A stretch of 63,471 nucleotides of DNA, the filler included, from Reticulomyxa filosa (taxonomy: Eukaryota > Protista > Foraminifera): the NCBI GenBank assembly GCA_000512085.1. It is 14 parts of 14 records of this genome, joined end to end, with 100 filler letters (N's around TTAATTAATTAA, not from the genome) between each part and the next. Parts side by side here need not be neighbours in the genome. Positions count along the whole stretch, not along the records: positions 1 to 7,182 come from ASPP01023979.1; positions 7,283 to 15,774 come from ASPP01002663.1; 12 more parts are not named here. One strand, written 5' to 3'. This document shows positions 1 through 11,124 of the stretch, piece after piece. The notes beneath the pieces are model-generated. The model saw nothing but the letters and a program-made list of their open reading frames with translations, was not told where the DNA came from and ran no database searches. How positions within the stretch are numbered: position 1 is the first letter of the stretch; every line of letters starts with the position of its first letter. The position numbers and the translations under genes were made by a program.

Positions 1-289
1 TTTTTTTGCAATCTACTGTATAAGATAAAACAAAATCAAATTAAATAAAATGAATATACTTACATATAATCATAAGCAAATTGTAAATCAAGCAATTCGA
101 AATCCAGTGATGCTATATTTTCATTATTACATAACTATCTCAAGATGCGCAACATATAGTAGTAACAATTCATACACAATTACATTATCATTAATTATTT
201 GATTAATGAAGTTGTTTTACAACTAATGACCCAAGTGTTAAATTGCAAAAAAAGTAACACTCACAAGAACGTTATATAAATCCAACATT

Positions 290-615
290 TTCCAGCAGTG
301 ATGCCTTTCCAAATAGTATGTTTGTACAGTGTGCCAATTGCCACAAACCAGAAACGGACATCAATATGTACTAATAATTGACATCTTAACACAATACTTG
401 TCAAAAATTCACTTCAAAACAAATATGTATATCGAAATAACTTTCACATTTACAAACGAATGGATATATAGCGCCGGAGACAACGCCGCCAAACAATTAG
501 TTACAATTCAAATGTAAAATCGCAAATAGCATGTCAAAGTAATGAAAATAAGTCAATTGTTAGAATAATCACACAATCAAACAAATAGAATATTAAGTAA
601 TATTATTCGTAAGTG
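290..615 (+). mobile_element. Degenerate Gypsy-type LTR retrotransposon integrase remnant
   Basis: Broken frames give PFQIVC..LPQTRNGHQYVLIIDILT and TNRILSNIIRK, resembling the Gypsy integrase core (GPLP.T.NGN.YIL..VD.FT..; ER.NR.L); frameshifts and stops present. Confidence 0.6.
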
Positions 616-1351
616 ATCAAGATTTGGAAATAAAGCAAATCAAATTCTAAAATTTAACATTTGATATATTTTTTTTTTACTTTTAATTCATAATGTCAAA
701 TGTCCGATTCGTTGAATGATATTGTATGTGCCAACGCATATCAAAGAACTAATGTGTTCTCACACAGATGAAATGATGTTGAATGTAATGTAATTACATA
801 TTATAGATTTCCAAGTTATAAGTGAACATTAGAGCCCCCAGTGGGTGAAACTTTTTTCAAAACTCACTTTATTATCTTGGTCGCTATATTTTTGTTAATT
901 TAATCTTTTTTTGCTGGAACTTGTATTCGAAATTAAGTTCCTTTCGTATTACATTCAGTCACATTCAATATCCCTACAAAAGTCAAGATATTTTCATAAC
1001 TGTTTATTGGTCTAATCTTCCAATATTTGAATTTGATTTTTTAAAGATCACTAAAACTCAAAATTGATGTTTTTCACTTGTATTATTGATTATGAACTCG
1101 ATACAAATATATCAATTTTGCTAGACTACTGTTAAATCCATTCGAAAAAACCTCGAATTTGTCTAAATGAATATTAAAACAAGGTATTCTTTTTTAGAAA
1201 GCTCATAACACAAAAAGTGCAAAAATAGGAATGATTCAAATTGAGATTAAAATAAAGCAAACAACTCGTAAACTCCATTGCATCAAATCATCCATTGTTT
1301 CATCCTCTATTTTTTCTAAATATTTTTTTGATATTAATGCTTTGCAAGACA

Positions 1352-4300
1352 TCAAACAAAGCGAACGTTCAAGCCTCTTAGTATGGCAAATTTTGTGGCA
1401 ATTTTTTTTTCAAAGCTTGTCCTCAAACGAGATTCTTTGCCATAATTAGAGCCATCTTTATCAATGCTTTGATTATCGTCTCGGAGTAGCTCTTCTTTGA
1501 TGATCTGTGCGTTGGAGACCTCACAAGTTAAGACTTTTAAAATGGCATGGATAAATTCGGGCTCTTGCACACATAGAGTTTCTGCCATTCCGCGCAAGTG
1601 ATTTAAATCCTCAATCAGTTGCTTATTTCCTTTTGGAGACAATTCGTTCAATTGGTACAATTCAACAAATAATTCATGAACAGTTTTGTTTACCACTAAA
1701 TTCAGCCATTTATCAATTTCATTTCTTGTGGCATTGTGATGAATGTTTTCTTCCTTATGTTTCTCCACTTCAAGTTGTGTCAATGTTTCTGTCGTTTCAT
1801 TTTTTCCTTTTTCCAGCTCGCTTTGCTGCTCATTTTCTTGGTGAAGTAACATTTTTTCAAATCCACTATTTTGAATGGCACTTTCCAAATGATCAACTAA
1901 TGTCAATACATGAGAGCCAATATTTCGAATATACTCGCTGGGTTGCAAGTTGAATTGTGGCAAATTTAATGTCTTTGCGTGTTTTAGATCTTTTTCTGTC
2001 CAAACTTTTAAGCGATGGACATTTCGAATATTTTCATGAATTTCTTGCATTACAATATTTGATATAATGGCTTCCATTTTTTGTTTCAATGCACTTGGAG
2101 GGGAAGACAGCGCCGCAGCACCAGTACCCATTCCTTTAACATTTTGCATTTTTGTAGGATCCTCCATTCGATCCGTCATTCCCAAGGCAGTCAATGTTTT
2201 TGGAAAGAGAGCCATCCCTGCATTTTGTGGGCTTTCAAATTTGTTCAACATTTGCAGTTCTGATCGCGAAATAAAAATTCGATGAAAACTGATTATTGAC
2301 TCTTCCTTGTTATCACCTTTTATTATTTATTTATTTGTTATTTTTTATTACCCTTTTGGCACATACGCACTTCTCCTTTTTTAAAAAAATCTCACCTCGT
2401 AAATGAACAATACTCTGTTGAAAGCGATCATTACAGCTTTGGACAAAATCGATTAACCGTGATTGCAAAGTTTTTACTTGTTTGTACAATTCAAATGATT
2501 GTGACAAATCGAAAATCCAATTTCGTTGTGTCGAGCTTTCGGCAAGGCTCGAGCCAATGGCAGCAGTTGTGTCTTTTCTTTCCTCTTTTTCGCTGGCATT
2601 GGTCCCGTGCTCTTTTTCATCTCCACCAGCAGCCGGTCCCTTTTTCGAGCTCGAAACAACTAAGTCTTTTTCGAATTCGAAATAGGTATTCTTTGCCAGT
2701 AATTGATCCACTTTTGATATGTACTCATTCAAAAACCCATCAAACAATCCAAAAAACTCTTTAATCAACGCACCGTGGCTAATCACTAGACATCTAAACA
2801 CAGCATTTTCAAATGTTTTCTTCAATTAATTTTATTATTATTATTCTTATTTTTTTTATTTTATTTTTTTTTTTGCATCATTGCCTTGTAGTTTTTTGTA
2901 TGTGCATGTGGTGATACGTATACTTCATTTAAAAAAAAAATAATAATAACCGTTGACTTGCAGCATCGATCAATTGAAGTACAATAGACAACGAATCCTG
3001 CAAACGCATAGAAATATCAACACAAGACAAAAGTTTGACGGCATGTTCATGGAACCATTGAACACGTGCTCGAATGTCGGGTTCACTTTGTGCACTGGCA
3101 TGAAGAGCGCTCAGTTGCAAAGGAGTGAAAAGCGAATACAAGCAAATTTTTTCCATGACGAAATAAAAGGAACGGTAATAAGGATACAGCAGAGTGCGAA
3201 TCCATTTGGACACATTCCACAGCAGTTGCAATGGGTCTTTGGCCGGATTGGATCGAAATCGAAATTGCGGGTTGGTACTCGCCCATCCACTTCCCGATGA
3301 TTGAGACGTGCCACCAACACCTCCTTGTTTCTCCTCCTCTTCCGTAAGCTCCCCTCCACTTCGCAGCCCACTTGAAATGCCTGGAAACACTGCCGACAGC
3401 AAACGACAATTCCATACGCTCTCATAAAAATCGCCGAAATTGCGAAACACTTTCACCAATTTGTTTAATACCTTTTTTGATATAAATTACAAAAGCACAT
3501 AATGTCACACTAATTTGCACATCACAAAAAAAAAAAAAAAAAAAATATTCGCATTGTAACTTGTTGCTCATTTCCGTATGTATTCACATCTTCTGGCTTT
3601 CGGTCCACATAGGTTTGAATCCAATCCTTCATTTCCAACAGCAGCTCATTACAGATCCGCTCAATCAACTCTGTCATCACATTAGTAATTTGGACCTTGC
3701 TGTTGAAAATCTGCTGGCACCACTCGTTTTCGTCTACAATGTACTGCAACACTGCGTTCAAATACTCGCCCAGCCAATGGTCCAGATTTTGCAACCGCGT
3801 TAGGCGTGCGTAAGATGCACGAGCTTGGCTTTCTGCTGCACTCGTGCTGGTAATCTCACTACTACTCTTTTCTTCTCCACCTTTTATACTGCTAGCCGTT
3901 GCCAATTCAACATTGAAATTCGCGAACACAAAGAACAGAACGAGAACGGAACGTCATCAGTTCAACCGGCCCATTTTTTTAAAAAAATTATCAAAGTCAA
4001 AATAAGTTAATCCGGTCCATTTGCAATAATTATTTAGTTTAGTTATGTTCAAATTTTATTATTAGTTTGATTCGGTAAGGTGTGAGTTCAGTTCGACGGG
4101 GTCCGGTTGGAAGAACGAAAAAAAAAACAAAAAAGTTAGTGCAACGAGAAAAACTGAGGACTGTGTTATCCCTCTGTTTTTTTTTAAAAAAATGAGAAAG
4201 TAAAATGAAATAAAGACCTTTCGGGTGCTGATTGAGAGGAATGACTAAAATGTAATGTCAATTCTTTTAACGTTTCCAAGCGACTAATTAAATAACTTTT

Positions 4301-4967
4301 TTCAATCTCTGCCTCTTTTCCGATATTGATCAACACAGTACTATAATGACGAAACAAGCGATAGTCATGCTCTTCAATACTCTCAATCAACCTTGGTCTA
4401 ACGCTTGTTTCCAAATCATTACTCAAATTTTCTAAAATTTGCCATCTTTGCACATACAAATCGGGCATATTTTCTTTGAGCATTTGTACTCTCTGTTTCA
4501 TATTTTTCAATTCCACAGATATTTCATCCAAGTGTTCTTTTTCTTCAAACAACTTTGTAATTCGATCCAATTTTGTTTGCCAATTGTGAATTTCGGATAG
4601 TGATTCAATGCACATATTCATACGGCTTTTCACGTCATGCATTACTGACAATTGCTTCAATGTATCGTTGTTTTTATTTTGCAATTTGTGAACATCTTGT
4701 TTGATATTGTTCAAATCTCTTTGCAACAATAAAGATTCATTTTGAATGTCATTTAGCACATTCCAAAAACCTTGGAATTGCGTTTGTCAATTGATCACTA
4801 CTTCTGTCTACACTGCTGTCCATATCCTGACAAACGAGTTGCAGTTTCATTATTAGCTCACTCAATTGTTTGTCAGTAGTATCCTTTGTTACCATTTTGT
4901 TGATCCATTTTATTATCTCTTTGCTATTATCGCTTTTAATATTTCGCAATTCGTCAATAGCTGACAT
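1352..4967 (-). CDS. COG7: Conserved oligomeric Golgi complex subunit 7; 5 exons (introns 3892-4217, 3472-3560, 2794-2950, 2317-2395); one apparent +1 frameshift near 4750
   Basis: N-term LSELIMKLQLVCQDM...VKSRMNMCIESLSE and C-term LPQFNLQPSEYIRNIGSHVLTLVDHLE, GNKQLIEDLNHL match the COG7 pattern; all four introns are GT-AG and restore the frame. Confidence 0.88.
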
Positions 4968-5339
4968 GTCTTTATTTACTTTTTAAAAAAAGTTTGAAAA
5001 AGTTTTACCTGTTTTAAAACAAACGACCAAACAACTTATCAAAATATGGATACGATTTGTTCATAAATCTTTTTGCTTAATGTTCTCTTAAGCGTTCAAC
5101 AAATGAACTCTTCTTTCGTATTAAATCTGGATTGTTTGTTGATATTCTCATAAAGAGCACATTTGCGGTGTCCCGGCAACAACAAAAAAATTGTATTTTG
5201 CTTTCTAAACTTATAATTTGGCACATTCAAAGCGTACTTCAATTTAAGGAAAAGACTTGGCAACTCTGGGTCCAGTTTTGGAGTGTTTTCCAAGGGTTTT
5301 GAATAGAAACCTTAATCCTTTCTGGTTCATCTGTACATT
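4968..5339. promoter_or_regulatory. Probable bidirectional promoter between divergent COG7 and MRS2
   Basis: Start codons at 4967 (-) and 5340 (+) are head-to-head with 372 bp between them; no specific motif identified. Confidence 0.45.
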
Positions 5340-7137
5340 ATGTTGCGGCAATTGTATACACGTCCAACGAGCAATTTGCTAACAGAGACGAAGATCCATA
5401 ACAGACTTTGGGGTTTCGGCTTGAAAAGGATTGGCCGGTCATTCACGGACAAGATAACGCCAGCCCAGCAGCACGCATCAATTCTTTCATCGTCGATCAG
5501 TAACCCAATTCACGCCTACAAAGTTCGCTACATCGAGTATGAAGGAGACGGATTGCCGCAGCCAGCGATCTTCGAGAGCATAACGACATCAAAGAAGGAC
5601 CTGATTACGACATACCAGCTGGCCTTGCAAGACTTGCGAGTGATATACTCGAAAGGGAGAAATCAAAAGTCGAGTAAGCCGGAGGACCAACAGCAGGAAA
5701 AAATGGACGAGCAAGACAGCAGCACCACATACAACACAGAAGACCCAATGGACATTAATCTGGAGAACCTGGACCTCATCAAGAAATACGTCACACCTGA
5801 GTTTTTCGTGCGAGACAAAGCTTTTATTGCGCACTTGGGTAACTTTTTTTTTTTTAAAAAAAAAAAAAATTCCCCCTTTTTTTTTTTTAGTAAGTAGGGT
5901 AGGGTATTTTTTTTTTTTTTAAAAAAAAACTTAATTTTGTTTTCTCTAGGTGATGCCACAGCATTGATAACAGGCAAGGAGTGTCTACTGTTCAACGATC
6001 CAATACCATATATCCAGCAAAAGTTTTTGTTTACATTGAATCAAAAGTTGATCGAATATCGTACGTTGCATTTATCGTCACAAAATGAAAGCAGTACTCA
6101 ATCCCAGTCTCAATCTCAACCTCAATCTCAATCTCAATCTCAATCTCAAGTTCAATCCCAAGCTCAGTCGCAGTCACAAACACATGCACAGATACACCAA
6201 GGACATAGTACACCCAAGAAGCTGCCATTGGCATTTGAAGTGCAGTGCTTGGATGCGCTGTGCAAATCAGTGGTGTCGGTGCGCCGTCGACAAATGTATA
6301 GCTTTCAAAACAAATGCAAGCGAATTTTGCAATACTTTGAAAGCCAACAAAAGCGAGGATTTGTGGAGCCTGTGAATATAGCCGTGCCATCATCCTCGAC
6401 ACAATCATCATCATCATTATCATCATCATCGTCATCTTCTTCTTCTTTCTTCTTCTTCTTCGGATGGACAAAACGATGGGACAAAGACAAAGACAACAGC
6501 GTTCGACATCCCGAAAATAAAAACGGATCTGAACAAGGCCATCAATGATATGCAGTCGCTCGTTCGCGAGTTTGAAAGTGTGTTGAACAGCCCGCAGGAC
6601 CTGCAATGCATGCACTTGACCGAGCGCGAAAACGCCAGAATCGTGGAGGAAATGGCCGCCACGAGCAACGAGTGGCCCATTGGAACGGTGAAGGGACCCG
6701 AAGGAGGAGGGGCAGGGACAATGACGACGACGACGACGGGACCAGGGTTCTTTGCTTGGGAATCCAGTGCTCCAGATTGGAGACGATATGACCAATTGGA
6801 ATTAATCATGGAAAACTACTTGTGGCAATTTGAAGAAATACAACATCAAATGCGCTTGCTTCTTGACGAAATCGAAATGCATGAGAGAACAAACAACTAT
6901 GTCTTGAACAGAAATCGCAATGAAATCATGCGCGTCAATGTGCAACTGACGGTGCTCACCATGGGAATTAGCTACTGCGCTTTGCTCACTTCGATGTTTG
7001 GCATGAACTTGCTCTCTCACTTTGAGGACAATCCTTACATCTTTTGGGTCATTGCCACCTCGACTGGTATTATTGCTCCCATTGCCATTTATGACTGGTT
7101 CAAATATCGCTTGAAACAAAAACAAATTTTGATCTGA
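5340..7137 (+). CDS. MRS2: Mitochondrial CorA/Mrs2-family Mg2+ channel; intron 5839-5949; 1-nt frameshift in the Ser-repeat near 6447
   Basis: LPLAFEVQCLDAL, ELIMENY, LNRNRNEIM and the SMFGMNL (GMN) signature between two C-terminal TM helices; Arg/Leu/Thr-rich N-terminus like a mitochondrial presequence. Confidence 0.88.
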
Positions 7138-7143
7138 GGTGTA

Positions 7144-7182
<39 letters not shown>

Positions 7183-7281
7183 NNNNNNNNNNNNNNNNNN
7201 NNNNNNNNNNNNNNNNNNNNNNNNNNTTAATTAATTAANNNNNNNNNNNNNNNNNNNNNNNNNNNNNNNNNNNNNNNNNNN
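7183..7281. other. Artificial contig linker (N-run, TTAATTAATTAA, N-run); also at about 15775, 17003, 19861, 26812, 29316, 35825, 39628, 42759, 44496, 54600, 57822, 62199
   Basis: Same ~100-nt spacer with stops in all six frames occurs 13 times. Confidence 0.98.
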
Positions 7282-7329
7282 NTTTTTTTTTTTTAAATAA
7301 ATAAAAAAATAAAAAAAGAAGAGACAATT

Positions 7330-8252
7330 AGATGTAACAGTAAAAGTTAAAATTGTTTGGATTTTGCGCCACACAGACCTTTGCAAAGTGCCTTTAAATA
7401 TTGCAATTGTGTTCGACGAAAGCTGTGGGGGGAATGTGCAAGAGTGGCAATGCACGAATGCGAAGAATCACTTGTTGAATTTGGTGGGATCATACGATTT
7501 GAGCGTTTCAAAAATTGGACTTGTAACTTATCAAAACGTCGGCTACACGCGTTTGCAATTGAAGGATTCTTCCAGTCAAAATTTGAACAGCATTCGCACT
7601 GCCATTCAAAATCTGAAATGTTATGGACTTCTTCCAAACTCAACTCAACATAATCTCAGTTCAGAATGACGCTCACTTTGCTTTTTTTTTTTTTTTATGT
7701 TGGCTATTGTTATCAATCAATCCATAATTTAATCCCTTGTATACATACATACATACATATATACATATATATTTATATTTTTGTTGTTGAAAAAGTCGGC
7801 GGAGTTGATACAGCATTGCAAATGTTGTCATCGCAAGGGAATAAAAAAGTAAAAATGTGATATTAATGTATCCCATTTGCAAGGCTGTGAAATGGGGATT
7901 TGATAAGTACTGCAGCCAAGACATTCAAAGTCAATTGTCGTCCATGTCGGTTCACGTATATATTAGTGGAAATGCCACAAAGACGTCTGATTTTCGATGT
8001 TTGCTGCTTGATTCGAGTATATCTGCATCTTATTATGTTAATCAACAATGGAGTTTAAGCCAATTTGAACAAGATAGGCTGAAAATTGTCAATTCGACAT
8101 GCAAACAAGCGGGTTCTGGCACTGGACGAAGTGCACTTGATATCACAGCCTCGAATGAACTCGATATCACAACGTCATATGGACATACCCCTACATTGTC
8201 GTTTTATTGTCTCGCTCTTCTTTTCTTATGTTTACTTGCCATTGTTACATAG
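7330..8252 (+). CDS. von Willebrand factor A domain protein with hydrophobic C-terminus (5' partial); intron 7659-7795; homopolymer frameshift near 7845
   Basis: LNIAIVFDESCG (MIDAS-like), SKIGLVTY, IRTAIQNL, GGVDTALQML and KNVILMY follow the vWA strand/helix pattern; C-terminal FYCLALLFLCLLAIVT. Confidence 0.7.
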
Positions 8253-9118
8253 ATCATGTTCAAATAAGTGCGTATATATGTCAATTGAAATGTTATCAGT
8301 TTTGCTCAAAGATGGGTAAACAACTAAATAATTGAGATGGGGGAAAAAAAAAAAAAAAAGAAGAAAAATTTTCTTGCTCGTTCATTACTGAAGTTTTCTG
8401 GCTATACTTTAGTTTTCTTTTTTTTGTTTGTTTTCTTTCTTCTTTCGATTTACAAATTTGTGTGATTTGTGACATAAGCAACTTGATTTTCAAATTTTAA
8501 TTTTTATTTCTTACTTTTAGTTTTTCTACTTTTTTTTGGCTACACATTTTGCTTTTTTAGTTTTGGGTTGTTTTTTTTCAATTTGACAAGACAAGGTCAA
8601 ATGGTTAGTTTTTCAATTTTTTTTTTCCTTTTGTGGTGAATTCGTCAACTCCAGTGTATTTGTGTATGTTGGTTCTGGTTGACCAGGGTTTGTTTGGGAT
8701 TCTTTCAGTGTCACGTACATTGCATCTTTGTCTTTTGTTGTATGTGCGATAATATTTATAGATGTTTTTCTTGGTTTCCATCAAGAGAATAATATCAAGT
8801 AATCACGCATTTTATGCACAATTTTTGGGATGATTGCTTTTGCTTAATTTTGGTATTAAAATTTCGCTTTTTTTGCAAATTCTTTATGATTTTTAGTTAG
8901 ATAAATCTCTTTGCAAAAGTGGTCCGCTCCAAACTATTATCGAAATACATTTTCTAATTATTCAAATTAACACTGAACATTGTTTATTTTTTTTTCTTAT
9001 TCTGTATTGTAACAAATTTGATTTATTTAAGAATTTGAAGAATTTCACAATCACTTTTTGTTTGAATGCTCAAAAGAATCAAGCAACAACAAATTTTTTT
9101 GTCGTTGGAAAAATAATA

Positions 9119-10509
9119 CTATCCCCTAATACGGATAGGCCCCTTGATTGAACCATAACATAGATAAATACCACTACCGCCATAATTTCTTTTATTTCCT
9201 TTCTTTTTTAATGATATAAATTTAATACATAATATTCCACTGTCTCTTTTATCTCCTTCGATAACATACAATTCCTTCTTATTTGACCGAATATCCCAAA
9301 AACGAATTGTGTTATCATTCGATCCAGAACACATTATATTTTTACTACCAAGTTCTATATTATCTACTACAAATGGTGAATATTCAATAGCACTCACACC
9401 ACTTGAATGCCCATTGAAAGTCTGAATTTGTTGACCAGATCGAATATCCCATAAACGAATGCTTCTATCTTCTGATCCAGATAATATTGTATTTGGATCT
9501 CCGCTAATTCCTAATTTATTTAATCCATATTTTACACTATTCACTGTTTTTTCATGTCCTTTGAAAACAATAAATTGTTTAGTTGTTTCAATATCCCATA
9601 TTCGAATGGTATTATCCCATGACCCGGAACAAATTGTATATCCATTACCACCAATCACACCAATATTATTACTTTCATTATTGCTATTACTTTGCAGTGG
9701 TGAAATATCCACGCTCCAAATACCTTTTTCGTGGCCACTGAAAACATGTAATGATTTTGATGTCTCAACATCCCATAAACGAATGGTATTGTCGGCAGAT
9801 CCAGAACAAAGATATCGACCACCATTAAATGATGAAAATTCAATTCCAACAACACCATTAGTATGTCCATCAAATATTTGCAATTGCCTATTATTTTTGA
9901 TATCCCAAAAACGAATAGTTTTGTCACTTGATGAAGAACAAATGATATTACGACGATGATTAATATAATGATATGGAGAAAATTTTACACAATACACAGT
10001 ATCTGAATGTCCATTGAATAATTGAATTTGTTTGTTTGTATCTACATCCCATACACGAACAGTTTTATCATATGATACAGAGCAAAGATATTGACAACTG
10101 CTGAATGTCAAATAATCAATACTCCACACATAAGTAGTATGCCCACTAAAAGTTTTCATTAATTTTGACAATGAACAAAACGTATCAACCATAAAAATAG
10201 AAGTTGCCTGTGTTAAGAAGTGTAATGAATAGGAATAAATAAACATTTGAATATTTTATTTGTCGTGAATAAAAAATAAATACATAACATAACGTAATTG
10301 ACAACAATTTTGTCAAAATAATAAATCCACCCTAATTTAATCTTTAATACTCGGGTCCAGTGTTGGATAATGATTTTGATATCTTCTTCTTCCAACTGAT
10401 TCAACCACAAGTTACGTTAGTAATACTGTAGAAATCAATTCAACCAGTTTTCTGGAAAGCTTACCAACGCTGGTTGAGTTGAAGGTTGTTCTTTTTTTAA
10501 GACCGACAT
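9119..10509 (-). CDS. WD40-repeat protein of an expanded family with N-terminal HW-box exon; exons 10465-10509, 10294-10395, 9119-10207
   Basis: About 7 GH...WD repeats (e.g. FNGHSDTVYCVKFS...DKTIRFWDI); two phase-0 GT-AG introns, TACTAAC branch site in intron 1. Confidence 0.92.
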
Positions 10510-11124
10510 CTTTCAGCTTCTTTTGTTTTTCAATTGAGCTAGTTCTAGACGATGCAGAAGAAAAATATTGAACTTTTTTTGTCTCAAAACTGACGAGCGT
10601 TAAAACATTAACGAGATGAAAATAAAATTTAAAAAAGAAAGACTTGTTCAGAACTCAATATACAGTACATTACAAGTAACATGTCAAAATCATAAACAAC
10701 CCAAGTAAATTGAACAATATAAATCATGTACTGGGCATAATCAGACCTCTGACTACTTGTGTTCGGTTGTTGTAAAGAACTAAACAAAACAGCACAAGGT
10801 AGTAGTAAGGAAAATCATGAATACTTCCAACTAGTTGAAAATCTCCAAAACAACAGTTGCCAAATGACTTGTTTCAGTGAAAATACAATGTTACAATAAG
10901 CTTCAGAACAGAAAAAAAAGTCTAACGGCAAGTCATCCAGCGCAAAAAAAAAAAACAACAACAACAACAAAACAAACATGACAACAAGGAAAGGTTTTCT
11001 CCAATCACGTGGGTTCATTGTTGCAAAAAAAATACAAATAATTCCACATAATGAACTATTCTTCAATTTTTGCAAATTGGCTTCTGTCACTTCACTTGCT
11101 CCACCAAATGAATTGTCCATGAGA

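Noticed and set aside
6440-6550. Programmed frameshift or split gene in MRS2
   Set aside because: One extra T in a (TCT)n tract explains it. Breaks near 7845, 12055, 19710 and 60410 are also single-base changes in short runs, consistent with sequencing error
7183-7281. Recurrent TTAATTAATTAA flanked by Ns as a biological repeat or excision signal
   Set aside because: Artificial six-frame-stop linker; adjacency across it is not evidence of linkage, and ORFs ending in X..LIN are artefacts
9459-9959. Antisense ORFs over WD40 genes, DLD and MRS2
   Set aside because: Opposite-strand shadows of well-supported genes with no independent motifs
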